Shown in pieces: positions 25,120 to 39,589 of a DNA stretch of 64,000 nt; the stretch's first letter is position 1; every line of letters begins with the position of its first letter. The notes below the pieces were generated by a model that made no database searches, was not told the origin of the DNA, and saw only the letters and a program-made list of their open reading frames with translations. The translations under genes and the position numbers were made by a program. The DNA comes from Raillietiella orientalis (Eukaryota): positions 930,001-994,000 of the forward strand of contig JAYWIR010000025.1 of assembly GCA_036172245.1 (NCBI GenBank), in the 5' to 3' direction.

Positions 25120-25500
25120 CTCATTGCAAGACGTAAAAACCATTCCCTTTCTGATTGTTTCCTGTCATCGACAGTTCATCTGTCATTGAACTAACTTGAT
25201 GAATGCCGATGATGGCTTTTCGTCATCTCATCACTCCTGTCCGTTGTCATCCTCATGCAAACAGCACACCGTGGGTTTTTCCCCTGGGAGAGCCCTGCTC
25301 TTTTAACGATCAGGATGCTGAGAGCAAAAGCGAGCTTGGAAGAAATACTTTGGCGGTGGACTGGTTCGACCAACTCATGGTAGAACGTGGGGGTACTCTT
25401 TGTCATTGGGCATTTCAACTGCTTCAATGACCTGTTGGAGTTCACTTGCCGAAATGCTTGCCGTCTGGTTTCTGATAAGCAGACCATCCTGGGCATTCGT
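25120..25500 (-). mobile_element. Helitron Pif1-like helicase relic
   Basis: Minus strand: NAQDGL..., QVIEAV...HVLP*V (cf. NVIEA...IPRI), RQ...KLAFALSI...QG (cf. RQFPxxLAFAMTINKSQG) and GFYV (cf. GQLYVA). Confidence 0.55.
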
Positions 25501-28500
25501 TGGTCCAGAAGTCCCTGCTTCCGATCTCTGCCGTTCTCGTCGTGAACGTAAGGCCTTGCTTCCTCTTCGGAAATTAATGGCGTTTGTTATCGAGCGAAGG
25601 AAGGGGAGCCCTCGAAGTCTTCCTTCCTCCTCTCCTTGCGCCGACACGCCGCCCCTTGACCGTGAGGAATGCCTCTCATTTTTCCTGCATTCTCCCTCCT
25701 GGAAGAAATCGAACAAATTCGGAGACTTCGCCGCTCCTAAAACCAGGGCTTCCAAATGTCAATATGAGGTGTTGAGCCCATTTCGCTTCATTGCTCCACT
25801 CGTTGACTAATGCAGCCCACTCGAAACAAAACAAAAGAAAACAAAACACACAAAAAAAAAGCACACAAAAAACGGCAACCCTGTTTCCGGCGGGCACGCC
25901 ATCCTATCGAAGTTTCGCCGGCTGTTCGTTAGGACTTCCTGATCTTTCCCGTTCCCTCGCCCCGGAGGTACCATGGCAACCCCCCGAATTTCGTCTTCCG
26001 AAATCTGCCGCCCTTATTTCCCTGCTCGACTCGAGTTCCCTAGCTCTGCCTCCGGTGCTCCCATTCCCCATTTTACTGGCTCACCTCCTTATCCTGACGG
26101 TGCCAAGATTCGCATCGGGGACTGTTTATTGGGCGTGGCGTTCCACCTGCGCCGTTCGCTGAAATCCCAGATATTCCCCGCGGAACAAGGAAACACCTTC
26201 TGCAACTCTCGTTTCTACCCTACCCGCTGTTGCCGTCCCGATTTCAGGATGCACGGCCAGATGCCTCGCAGGCCGTCTTCTGGAGATTCAGATTTGAATT
26301 TCTACAGGGGAGCTATGCGATCTTCCTTAGCCTTTTCTTCTCTCGAAATCCTCGCCAGCATCGAACGCCACCTTCCACTTCAGCACCCTTTGAGCCGTGG
26401 TCAGCCCGTGGACGCCGACCAAAGCATTTTGCTCGCACCCGGACGAAGACGGAAAAGCAAAGCGCAGGTTCCGAGAGACCTGGGATCGGAAATTCTCTCA
26501 CCACCCTCTTCGAGCTGTTGAGGCGTTGCGCAGTCGGCAGTCGCGGCGGCTGGCATTACAGCCGCAGAGCTTCCGAAGGTTTGATAGACTCGCCCGTGAA
26601 CCCTTTGCTATCGACGCCACCTACTGCCCTTTTGGAACCCGATGCGAAGGAACGGGGAAGGGGAGGGAGAGAAAGGCTCGCAATGCGAGGAAGAACGAAG
26701 CCGGTTGGCAGGTTGCCGGCTGTGGCTCGCCTCAACCGGCGCTCTAAGAGCGCGGCTCACTTGCCGCCTTGCCGATGCCGCTTTTTTTTTTTTTTATCTC
26801 CCTTCTGGTGCTCCCTGCTTATCGCCGGCCTCACCGGCGGGGAGCTCCTGCGTTTGGCCTGGAGAGGCCGCAACCCCTCGACTGTGTTTTGCGCACGCGG
26901 TCTCGAGTGCCCGCGAAGATTCCAAGGCCGCGCGCCGATCGGCTGGAGTGGCTCGCTCCGCGCCCATGTTCACCCCCTTCGCTCGTGGCAGCTCCAGCGT
27001 GCTCGGTCCTGATCCAAAGTTCCAAAGGTTATGTTTGCTGGGTGCGCTGAGTGGATCCAGCGAACCGGCGGCTTTTCCAAGGGTGCGCGGCGCGTTTTCC
27101 ACGTTGCGGGAAGCTGCGCAGAAGCGCGCGTTCTCTTGGAGGCGCCATCCGGCCTGCCTCTGCCGATGCCGCGCCTCCTTCTTGCTTGACTCTTGCGCGT
27201 TGCGAGGAACGCTCGTTTGATCGTCCATGCGAAGGCACGGCGGCTGCGGGTGTCGGCCGCCATTCTCGATCCTGGTTGGCTTGGCGCCATTTGCGAGCAT
27301 GGACATCCGAGGAACGAACGTTGACAATGAAGCGCTCTTCTCCGATGCTTTCCAAGACGATTTTGAGGAACTGGTTGTCGGGTAGGGGTTTCGTTTTCTT
27401 TCCGAATGCTGCCTGAAATCCGTTGGACCCTTTTGTGTGCCGCGACGCCTGCGCCGCGCGGTCCCACCCGAGAGCGTGAGCGAGAACACTCGCTGTACCT
27501 GCACCTCGGAACGAAGAAACATCTCGGGAATTTCCTGTTTTCCCTGGTTCGTAAACACGAGATCTGCCGTATTGCTGTCTGTTCCGCTACCTCCCCTCCT
27601 TTTCCTGTTCCCTTTTGCCGTTGCTTCCTCCGGTTTTCGGGAGGCTTTCCGGGATTCCTGGCGGAACGCGAGCGACGAAGGAAACTCCTTTACATCTCGG
27701 TCTCAGGAAATGCACGGTGAAGGGGTGGAGCGCGCGAGTTCGCGCACTGATGGTCCATCGAGCACTCCTTTCTGTGGCTGTTAATCGTGAGCAAGATTTT
27801 CGGTCCTTTTTTGGCTCAAGGGTCGGGAATCTTCTGAGAGGTCAGAGCGCGTTGCAGGAAATCGTGTAGCTTAAGCCGGCCAATCACGAATCATCGCAAT
27901 ATGCGTGCACCCGTTTGTGCATACCTTCCATCTTGTTTCCCATGGCGACCTTTTCGATACACTCCTCGCAGCGATGAATACGGTGATTCCCATATACCAA
28001 GTATTGTATATTTGTACGCGTACATTCCGAAGTAGGTTCCGACGAGGATCTCTGCAGATTCGTTGTAATTCTCACCATGTACCTCTACGTTTCATGTACT
28101 TCCTATGCGAATGGGGAAAATACACGAGGGTCTGCAGATCTCATTTTTTCGCTTCCCACGCCGTTTCCACAGTTTCAGTTTCCTCTTGACCTTCCTGGAG
28201 TATGGATGTCTTTCCGGCAAGTCGCGCGCAGTGTCTTCCTTGAGAGGCACAGCGGGAAGGGGGGGGGGGGGGAAGTCCACTTTTGGACGAGTGTCAACGC
28301 TCTTCATGAAGATGCTTGTGCCCTGTAATGCCTTAATCCGGAAACCGTCATCGAATCCCGAAGAGGACTTGCTATCAAAGAGAGACCTTGGAAATCAAAG
28401 GGTCTGTCTCGTTCCATCCTCTACCGGCACCTTAGCGGCTCTTGAGGAGCGCGCGGTTCGCATTCTTTCCCTAAACGGCAAGCGCGCTTCGAAAGTGGCT

Positions 28501-29329
28501 CCGGGCTCGGTTTTGCCCTCGTTGCTGCTGGTGCCATCAGTACGACGAGCGGCCCACGAAACCCTCGAAGCCCACCCAGCAGCGCGCTGCTTGCTGTTGG
28601 AGTCAGTTTCGACCGGGATTTGGACTGCATCGCTCTCGGAGCACGTCCCTGAACACAACGGTTGGATCTTCTGAAACCAGGGTCTCAGCACATCTGCGTC
28701 TGAGACATAAATGCCACATGCACTTGAGATCAACTCCTTTCATCTGGAGGAAGAACTCTTTTCTCTGTTGACCTAACAACAGGTGCGTCACCCTGTCGCA
28801 GCCGCGCATCCAGAAGAAGTGCACCCGGCTTCGATGGCACGAAAACTTCTGCTTAAGAGAAGTTAGACCCAGGTCTTCCTTAGGGAATGGCGCAAGTCTT
28901 TCATCTGCTGTGGGGGGATGAACCAAACATTGGGTCACGGTACCCGATGAGACGATGGTCAGATCTCGTGGAAGGTGCTGGTTGCCATGAGTAGCGGGAC
29001 GGTGACAACTTCAGGAGTGGCAGTCCTTTGAAAAGTGTGTGCAGACCCATCTGACGAAGCAGCTGGATTTCGGGACAGATCGGTCCCAGAGCAGAAGACG
29101 CGGGATCGGACCGTTTCTGTGGCGAGTGGGAGGGTCGCAAACGGTGAGCGCGGAAGGGTTCATGGGCGAAGCTTCGCCCGGGGACGCCCGCCGTAGATCT
29201 CAGAGGGTGTAAGGTGGTAGCGGGGACTCCAATGAGATCCCAAATATCTTCTGTGGAGAAGGGATCCGTGCGAACATCCTCTGGGCAGCTCGCTTCCGAG
29301 TCCCCAGTTCTCCGAAGAGAAATTCAAAA

Positions 29330-30300
29330 GCAACTGATCAGCAAGCGACCTTGCTCCGCTCCTGCGCGGATGAACATTCCAATTCCTCGTCACGCTCTTG
29401 CGGGATCTTTCCGAAGAGTCCCCTGCGCCCCACGCTCCGTCGTTTTGTGCCAAGACTGTCGTCTTGGCGGCTGAGGAGCATTGCGTGGCCTCATTTCTCC
29501 ACGAGTTTCATCTTCACGTACAACCCGTTTCCCTGGACTCCATGCACCTCTCAGCTGAGCTTCTCAAAGTATCACGTCTTCCTCAGAGAGCACCAGAGGA
29601 CGCTTTTGCGTCTTCGTGCTCGCGTTCCTCTTCGATTTGCGCCTTGTCGGACCGAATATGCCAGGAACCGCTGCCTCCTCCCAAGATGCTGTCGCCTGCA
29701 GAGAATGCTGGTCACGTTCGTGTCTTTTTGCATATCAACGACGAGTGCTGCCCTCTATTCATTCCCTCATCCGTGGGTGCTCTCGAAGCGTCCAGTCGAT
29801 CCTGGATGAACAGTGATCAGGAAGCCCGCAAGCGGGTCTACGTGTTCTTTTAAGGAGATTCTCCCGCTGGATGTGTTTAACAGCACTGACGCATGGGACG
29901 CACTCGCTTTGCCGTGTCGTGTGTACTCTCTGGTGCACCAGGTTGCGTTCTCTGTGATCCAAAAAGGCGTCGTCGCTCTCATCTCTCGTCTCGTATCTGG
30001 AGCAGGGTAACTCGTTGAAGAGGGGAGGGGAAGCAGCAGCGTGCTTCTAGGCACGCTTCGGTGGTGGAGCGACCGAAATGGTTTGTGGTCCCATCTCGAA
30101 CGAAGTGACCACCGCGACATGACCATTTGATGGATTCTGACGCACAGGGAGGAGAAAATCCTGGTCGTTTGAGCGAAATCAAAAGTCTCTGGATTTGCAT
30201 TTTGGTGTTAACGATCGAATGAGCAGACGAAGGTCTTCGCACGAGGTCTTCGCGTTGTTGGTGCAGGAAGTCCGTTGCTTCATTCTTGAGAACTGTTGGT
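29330..30300 (-). mobile_element. Degenerate Ty3/gypsy integrase relic
   Basis: Colinear minus-strand motifs: GGHFVRDGT (HH), ECVPCV (CC), ALVVD, IRSDK (SDxG), QGNGLY (PQxNGLxE) and WNVH. Confidence 0.55.
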
Positions 30301-32179
30301 GCCCAGAACACCAACCTTGCTAGCAAAGCTGTTTTCGAATCCTTGTCCCCACCGCTGTTCTTGTTGAATTTCTGTGGTGTCGCCGAATTTTGCATGCCAT
30401 CATCAGATCGGTCTTTTCCTTGCCCATGTGCACCATCAAGAGGTTTCGGGTTGGTAGCTCTGTGATGTGTCTTTTTTAAGTCCCATGAGAAGTCTCATGC
30501 GAAACAACAGAGGTGAAGAGAACAAAATAAGTTGAGAATGGAAATGAACGGAATGAGCAAAGTAGGCTTTCCAGCTGTCTGCTCTGTGTTTCCTCTTGGG
30601 TAGGTTTCCCTTGTCTGGAGCTCACCTCTGCCTGCATCCCAGTATATGCATAATTCCCCCCCCCCCCCCTGTTTTCGTACTTGTTTTTCGATTTTCAGCG
30701 TCTTTAATCAGGTGCCAAGAGGAATTATCGAAAGACGTTCTCTTTATGTCTTGCCGTTGAGGCCCTGCCTGCGAAAGCAGAGCGTGAACAGGATGAAAGC
30801 TGCATGAAGCTCTGCATCAGAAAAGCAGCCAGTGAGCCACCGAATGCACCAGCCTTCTTGTTTGTCTGCTTTGAAAGGACCGAAATTTGAGGTTCTCTCT
30901 CTTCCACTTTTCATGTGCATTCAGTAGATCTACGGAAGCTCTTTTTGTGGAGTTAACGATGACTCGGGGAAGCAGAAAATGCTAAGGGAATGCTATGCCA
31001 AATATTCGGGTCTCATTTTAATGGAGAGCTTGCGATCCTCTATTCAAATGATTAAGCGCGAATGATTCTCAGCATTTACATTTGCCGTTGAGCGCATGTG
31101 CGTACATAATGAACCCTGGGCAGACACACGCTAAACGTGCGAGCATTATCTAATCCGTACGCATATACAGTACGTTTTCATGCACGTGAGTGTATTCATT
31201 ACTCTGCACGTATCTGTGCGATGGGTGTACAAAGAATGAGCATCTGGTATTCTGAGTATACAGTGCATTCGTATACGCTCTATCTCTTGAACATTCAGGC
31301 ACATGAGTGTGTGCATACGTGTACGTCTCCATCAGCAGGTGATTCCACCAGTTATTCCTGAGCAACCCATCCTTTGTACCTCGAAGCAAGCCACTGCTAC
31401 TTTTCCTACGCAATTTCCCAAGTGATCCAATCGTTTTATCTCAGCGCGGACTCTCTCGCTTTGATGAAGATCAAATAAGATTCAGAAAACCTTCCTCCCC
31501 CCTGTTTAACCAGTTTGTTGATTCCGACGAGCTGCTACGAAATTCCTGCAGTGGGAACCTTTGGGGGAGTTTTCCGATCGAGTCGCCAGAAGCTGCCGTG
31601 TCCAGGGGAGCATTTGTAATCAAGGAACACACACCAAAGATTACAGCTGGTCCTCTTCATGGTGTTGGCGCACGTGCCGGGGAGAATATTGCGTACCTGT
31701 GACAAATGTTGCAGCAAGACAGCCGCGATGCTCCGGCAGCTGACGCTCTAAATGTGCTTTTCGAATGCCTTTCTCGTACGTAAGCGGATGTGTACCGCAC
31801 ATGTTAGAGCATTTCATGTTCGTGCATTCATATCTGCGGTAGTAAAGTACTCTTGCTTATATGAATCCCTTGTCTGCAGAGATTTATGTACATGACAGCG
31901 TATTTAGCAATCCAGCAGCCTTTGGCATGAAATTAGCAAACTTTGGAAAACTGAGATGAATCCGCAAAGACGAGGTGATATTTCGCTGGTGGACAAAGCG
32001 GAAGAGTCTGCTTGGAACGGGAAGCTGAGCGTATATGCCTATGTATCCGAATTTCATGGTCATGGCTGTTCTTGCAAAAAAAAATTCCAAGCCCTAATTC
32101 TCAAAGAGACTTGAGTCTTCGCCATCATCATTCTTCGTGTATTCTAATTTTAGAGGTTTTTTGCATTAGTGATCATTTC

Positions 32180-32209
32180 TGTGTGTGTGTGTGTGTGTAT
32201 ATATATATA
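32180..32209 (+). repeat. Compound microsatellite (TG)9(TA)6
   Basis: Directly visible. Confidence 0.95.
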
Positions 32210-34671
32210 CACAGAAAATACGGAAACACACATATATGTTTTTGTATTGCCTCCTTGCTTACATCTGCACCTGGAAAATGAAAGAAAACAGCCTCCAAGT
32301 GTCTGCTCCACATACTTCTTGCATGCTGCCGAGCGCCTTCCTGCGTTTGTTTATGTTCCGAGTGTGGTTTCCTTCTTTCTGAACAATCTTGCGCAAATGG
32401 ATTCGTTTCTTACGTAGTACTCTGATTTGTGGAGGAAGTGTTCATGAAGTGTTCACGCCATCGGTACTCACGGGTGACAGACAGCCATCCAGCAGTGATC
32501 GATTCCGACGGAGTTCTTGATTGGTGAAATTCCATGATGCAAACCGTACGGGATCGATCCTTCCACCTAGGAAACGAAGGGAAGGATCTTCCCTCAACTA
32601 GCACACCCATTTTCTATCGGGAGAAGTGATCTAAGACTTCCTTTCGATCCGAGAGGAAAGCAGCCTGCCTGGAGCGCGGAGATGAGCTCTCCTCAGCTCT
32701 CCCAAGTCCTGGATCGAATCATCAGGTGCGCAACAGCAAGACAAAATGCCGTTCCTGCCCGGAAAAAAAGTGCCTACTAAGCGACCCCTGATTCTTTGTC
32801 TGTGGCTTGGGCCCCTGCAGGATTGCCAGCCCGCTCACCTGCCCCCAAGCGAACCGAGTGTTCGATTTCTGGTCCTCCTTTCAAAATTCGAATCCATTTC
32901 GTTCGCTCGTCGGGGGAAAAAAAAAAAAAAAAAAAAAAAAAAGAGCTGCCCTCCATCCCATCAGATCACACTTCCTGCCTCTGGTGAATGGGAAAAGCAA
33001 CTCGATTCGGTTTCGTCTTTGGTCGAGAGCTCCCTCGTATCCCACCCACCAGTGCATCCAGCTATTACTTCTTACGAATGGTTCGTTTCATTGTTCCCAT
33101 GTTGCGTGTGTTGCATCCGTTATCACGGATATGCACAAATTTCAGCACACAAACATTTGGGAGTTTATCCTTATTTCGACGCATGGCAGATCCCATCGAA
33201 TTCGGATTACCTGTTTACAGGACATCAGCGTTCTAGCCTTGAAATTAGCGTAAAATTACCTATGAAAGACAATACGAGTCAGCATCCATCGCGTTCAGCC
33301 GACAATTATTCTAAGAGTGTAGTTCTGATAAGAATGGGAATTGACTCCAGAGAAAGAAAATAGTAGCACTGTGCTTTCCCCTGCATCCAGTGAGCAGTGG
33401 AGTTCGGGAAAACGGTTTTGCATGAAGCCGAAGTCGCTTCCCATGACGCGTGCCAAAATGTCCAGTGTGTTCTCGGCAGAGGAAAACTACGAAAATGAGA
33501 AGTCCGATTCTGCATCACGAGCAAAGCTGTAAGGATACTTTTGCAGTAACTATTCGGTCGAGGCATTCATGGGCAATGTTGTCGGGTACGCAGAGAAAAA
33601 AAAAAAAAAAAAATGTCTGGAGAGAAATGAACTAAGACGAACGTGACGTCATCTGTCTAGAGGTGATACCATCGGCGTTGTACGGTCGGTGCGTCTACTG
33701 GGAAGTAGTGGACTCACCGACCCTGCGCCTTCCCCGTTCGCTGCATCCCGTTCGTTTGTTTTCCGAACCCCTTGGCAAGATCCGACGAGGAAATCTGAGC
33801 CCTTCTCCCTCTCTCTTCATGTTTCTTCCCGTATGTACGGATGTGTACAGTGTTTTGTTGCTGTTTTGCGCGCAAAATCCTGACGTTGATGAGAAAGCGA
33901 ACGATCTTGAGTGAATTGTACTGAGTTTGAGGCTGCTTTGTCCTACTGAGTTTGTTCATCACGAGGAGCTGCATGTGTGTTGCCCGTCAACTGAGCACAG
34001 CGAAAGAACGATCTGTGGAATTGCTGTCCGCTTTTCCTGAAAACTGGGGCGTTCTTATTTCCGCACGCATACATGCTGTACATAATCATAAGGCACTATC
34101 GCCGCTTCTACACCCGTTCAGCCTCCAATAATTCTCCCAAAACAGCTCTAATTACGTTCGAATTGACTCTCACTATAGCGTAGAATACTCTATACGTCTA
34201 TTAAGCTAGTAAGAGCACTATGTATCCGTCGACCTAGTGGGAGCACCATACATGTAAGCTGCACGCGGAGCAGCACTCACAAATTAAAGCATATTCAAAG
34301 TTCTCTTCCGAAGATGTCCACGTTATATCAGATGCCAGCCCAATGGTCGAAAGACAGTTGGTCCGGTGGTGGGGATTGTCGGCTCTTTTCGCGAAAATGG
34401 TGGTTGTGTTCTCTGCAGGAGGGGGGGGGCCACCTTCAGTGCAATCCGTGGCTCTCGAACTTTCCGCGGTCCGCATGGATGCGGATGTTTGCTCTTGGAA
34501 TAAATCATTTTAAAGAGGACAGCGGAGCTTCCGTTTCGCTGTTCAGTTATGCTTTTTCCCTGGGACATCTTTTGATTCCCATCGCTGCTCATCAGCTTTC
34601 TGCGTACCGGTGCCACAGTGCTGCACAGCATAGAGGATGCATTTCCTGTTTGCTGAAACTGTTCTTGCATT

Positions 34672-34702
<31 letters not shown>

Positions 34703-37700
34703 GCGTAGAAGCAGCCATTTGAAACCGAGTGTTTTTGTTTTTTTCTTCCGGAGAAACAAACGGACGCACTCGTTCAGAGCGTCCGACAATCCTCAAAAGC
34801 TCGAGTCTCCACCATTTTCATGGGAAGAGCACTGAAAGCAACCACCACATGCTGACGGTGATGACCTTTCATGTCTTGAGCAACAGCAGCAGCAGAGGGA
34901 GGATGGATGCGTGCTTGCTTTTTGCCGTTTTCCTGATACCACCAGGTGAACATCTGTAGGTCTCTGAATGAGACTGAACTCGTCGCAAATATCACGATAT
35001 TTATCGGCACCACCAACTCGAAAATGAAACTAAATGCCAAAAAGAAAAAAAAAAAACAAAAAAACAAAAACGACTTCATTTCACGCGAAACTGCAAATCA
35101 CAACTCGAAAATATTAAGAAGAAAAATAACTCCGAAGTGCCGATGGGAAACTTTACTACGTGGAAGCTGTTTGCTATGAGACCAAATTGATCGTTTACTC
35201 TCACTTCCTTCACTTACGCCTATTCCGCTGTGCATCGAGGTGGTGTCGATAATCATTTGTTTGTTTTGTACGCTCACGGGCTGCGCAAATGAGGTGTTCG
35301 CCTTTGCACGTATTTCCGCAGATACGCCTTTCCCGTGCACACAGCCTGCTCTTCGCTTTCAGAACCCGCTGCTGCTGTGGTTCATCCCGGAAGACGGATA
35401 TTCTCGATCATCCAAAAAAAGCGCCATGATATTTAATCAAGTGACAGTCACCGCTGGCTGGCTGAATTCCACGCACTGATTTCATCTCTCAGCTTCCCAT
35501 AATCCTAATCCAGTGGCTGCTGGTTTTGCTTTCTGACTGCCCGTGTGGAGTTCCTTACCTGGTTGTTTGCATCCCTGTTTGCGTATCGTGATCTGTCATA
35601 AATAGCAAGGGCAGGACACGTCCTTATCCGCACAGATTCGGATCTGCAGATCACCGACAAAGTTCAAGAGATTCATGCATCCTTCAAAGAGTTGTCTGGA
35701 CAGTAATGTGTTTGCGCATCGTAGGAGCCGTTGATGGTACTTTGTCATCCGGACTTCCAGGTGCACATGCTTATCTTCTCACTGCGCGTTTTGGATTTAC
35801 TTCGGGTTCCATTTTGTCAGGCCAGAGAGCACAACCGGTATCTATCATGCTACCTGGTCTGAATCAGTATCTGTGCTGATTACAATATCCATATGCCAAG
35901 TGTACACCATGTCTACTATATACACTCTAATTGCAATGATCTATCTATCTAAGAGTGCCATCGTTAGTTGATGGGTTTCGTTTCTCCAGCCTTTCGAGTG
36001 GAGGAGTTGAAACTTGAGCGTTTTTCCTTCTTCCTCCTCTACTGGCTTCCGGTTGGGCAGCGTGATATCCCCCCCCTCCCCTTCCATCGAAGCATTCCCA
36101 TTGAATCGGGAAAGCTTTGCGGCCACGGTGCTTTTTCTGGTGTGCTTTTTCAACTCAGTTTTCGCGATCACCTGCTGGAAACCGACAACTCGCTCTGGTG
36201 CCGGCAGATAAAAGCAAAAACTGATGCCCACAAGTGAAAGTTCCAGGAACAGAGTGGGGGGTGATTATGATGAAACGTGATCAGATTAGGAAAATGCAAG
36301 CAGATGATACGAGCTCTGAATCTCAAAACGGGAACAGCACGATGTGCAGGAATGCCTCACATACGGAGCGATCTCTGTTCATCTCTTTCGGATACGGATG
36401 CTGTTGGGACTGGAAGAGCAGTCTCGATGGCGAAGGGAATGTACGGGGGCTTGTAGTTTTTTTTTTTTTTTTTTTCACTTGATTCTTTTTTTCTTTTTGG
36501 CGTTGGTGATTCTTTTACTTTTTAGATGCTGATTCGAAATGATCCGCTGCAAAACGATCCCGCGAATGTGCGTCCTTGCATTGCATTTCTCTGTACGCAC
36601 CACGAACCACCGCGTACACGAAACGCACTGCATTTTCAGGAGCGGTGCTCCCGGTTGCACCCTTCATCACCGCACCGTGCTGGTCGGACGCCGCTGCGGT
36701 TCGCTGTGGGCGGAACAGCTTGAAATCGAGAGGGGTTCTTTGGCGGTTGGCTCGAAATGAATTCACGAAGAACTCGGGACGGATATGCAGATCGTTATGC
36801 GGAGTGGCAGTTGGAAGCGACTGAGGAAATTAACTGGGAAGTAGTGCAGGACGAGGGATCGGAAATCCATTCTTCCAAGTGAACTGCAGTAAGCCGCGTC
36901 TCCCAGCGATATCAGGGAAGGAGCCTATGAAATCTGATTTCGATCCGAACACGTCTTCTTCCTTGCCTTCCGCTCTTTCGCCTCTTCCCTTCTTAAAGAA
37001 CTCGCTCGCTGTCATGGCTTGCTGGTTGCCTGCATGCTACCGTCGAGTGCTCCAGTGATGGCAGTTTCGCTCCTCCTCTATGGCAGTCCCAATCTGAATG
37101 CCTTTGTACGCATTTTTCAGTGATTCAGGGATACCGAGTCCGTCGCGATGGAAACGAGACGAGAATTATCCGAAGAAAAATCCTCAAATCGGGTAGCAAG
37201 GAAGAACTCTTGTAAGCTACGGTGATGGGGAAAGTTTCTTTGTCAGCAGAGCTTGTAGAAAACTCTTGGAATCGTGCTAGCTAAAGTAATGGTCATCGGA
37301 AAGGGTTGTCCAGTTCCCTTGAGCCTTGGGCATCGCCAGATGTTGAGCTTCGTGATGTCAACAACGCATTCGGGGAAGCACTGTTTTCTACGTCAGTTCT
37401 GAGTTCTTCAATTCGTGCATTTCGGCTCTTCTCGCCAAAATTGGGCCTCGTAGGTCGGAAAATTCGGACCAATTTCAGGGCTGCGATTCTCCATTTCCAT
37501 AATGATCTGCTGCTAGCTTGTGGATCTTGAGAGCTTTTCAACAGTCCGGTTTTTAATAGTCGTCTAACTTCACTCTTTTAGGTGTTTTTCTATTTCCTTT
37601 GTTTCTTTCTTTTCTTTGAATGCTTCCGATGACCTCAGAGTCAGAAAGCATCTTGCCACTTGGAATCACGTTTCTCTATTGTCATTATCGTTATTCTTTC

Positions 37701-38589
37701 CACTCTGATCTTCGTTGCTGCTGCCTGTTCTGTGAGACCACTGCTCTATCCGAATGGTCACAAAGATCAGCGCATCAGTCTGGAGCCGAATGCCCAAGAA
37801 ACAGCTTTCACATCAGGTTGGCATTTCATTTTCATCTCTGCAAAGTGGAAAGCAAATCTGAAAGCTCCGCATTCGTCACGCTATCCACGGGTCCTGCTGA
37901 AACCGCGCGCAGGGAAGCATGCCTTGTCTTCCCAGTGAGGAATATGAACGAGGAGCTGGCGAGCAAGCATTTGATCTCCCGTGTCGAATAAGGAAGACTC
38001 CCGAAGGAATCTATGTTTGTAGAGGAGCGTGCCTACTAATGGCCGCGTCCGGACGCTTGCTCCCTAGAGATGCAGGATTTTCCGATTCTTTTCGAAATAA
38101 GGGAAAATTGGGCTCATGGGATTCATACGAACCCGCGAAACAAGGACGACCGAGCGACACGTGAGTTGCTCTCTTCCGGTTGCAGAGACTGGGCCCGATG
38201 GATCCCGGCAACACACTACCCAGGTGTGTGTGCGCGCGGATCGATCGGTTTTGCGAAAGGAGGTTTTCCCCCAAAGGGTGTTTTTGCTTGAAAGAAGACG
38301 GGAGTTCCTCATTTCCAGAGGGATAAAGCCCGCTGCCACGAAGAGAGAATCAGAGGAAGCCAGATATGCGAAACATCAGTCCTCTTGTGAGGCTAGTAGG
38401 ATTGGAAGTTTCGAACGTCACGCTAGAGGACACTGAGATGCGAATCGAATGATTTTCCGTCCAGCTTTGAGTCGGAGGACGAGACGACTGGAACGCTAGA
38501 GGAGCGAAACGTGTTTGTTCAAATGGACTGATCGTGGACTCGTGTGGATCAAGTTTGGAAATAGTACATTTCTGTGAGAGGATCCTGAG

Positions 38590-39193
38590 GATGCTGAAGA
38601 ATCGAACTTAGCAGACATGGAGAGGCGGAAAAGAATTTCAAAGACAGCCGCACTGCGAATGGCAAGAATTCGAAAACTGACAAGGAAGCTCGAACGACCT
38701 ACTTGTTCTGGAAAAACGTATGAAGGATCAAAGCATACCCTGAGCATACCTCAGCATACCCTGAGGATCCCAGTCACCATGTCCTCTTTGGCTGAAGTCC
38801 CTCCGTTTCGTTAGGTGCGCCTCATTTTCAGGCGGCTTCACACGGAACCGTCTCAGCTCAGCACCGTGTGGTTCGTTCGTCAGCGTCTTCTTCTCGGATG
38901 AGCATCCGGAAGTGCAAACCAAATGTTTTCCTGCTGGACTCTGCTCGAGTTTCGTGGTCGTTCTGGCCATTCTCGCGTCTTGCCTCCTCCACCCGCTCTT
39001 CTCCTTCGCCGAACACTCCGTCAGTTCCACAAACCTCGGAATTGCCTTGCTTTGATCCTTCATACGTTTTTCCAGAACGAGTAGGTCGTTCAAGCTTCCT
39101 TGTCAGTTTTCGAATTCTTGCCATTCGCAGTGCGGCTGTCTTTGAAATTCTTTTCCGCCTCTCCATGTCTGCTAAGTTCGATTCTTCAGCATC
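38590..39193. repeat. 146-bp near-perfect inverted repeat (arms 38590-38735 and 39048-39193, 312-bp spacer)
   Basis: The arms are reverse complements with 2 mismatches by my reading. The ORF track shows the same peptide ERRKRISKTAALRMARIRKLTRKLERPT on both strands. Confidence 0.95.
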
Positions 39194-39589
39194 TTCCACC
39201 TTTTCAGTTAGTTGCTTCAGTCTATGATTTATGGAATGGGTCTCCTCATGGAGTGTTCTTCGTATGACTCTTAGTTTTCATTCCTTCCATCATGTTGCTC
39301 AATTGATGTACAGTTTCTTTGGATCTATCATCCCCGTTCCTAGATTGGCAATTCCTTGAAATAGCCGATCGTTTCCTTAGATCTCTCCGAAATAGAATGG
39401 ATTTTGATTTTTATCCATTTGCTGCCTGGCTCTTAAGATCCCCTCCAGGGCATCTCAGTGCAAATTGAATCCACGTTCTTTTCTTCCGTATTCCTCATCA
39501 CCTTGCTATGTTGAGTGTCGGTGCAAAAAGCAAACTTGCCCGTAGGCATGTACCATTATAATGTAGGCATGTACGCACGCTTTGTTGTA

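Noticed and set aside
26230..27558. Several 190-260 aa ORFs
   Set aside because: Mutually overlapping, GC-rich and without protein-like features.
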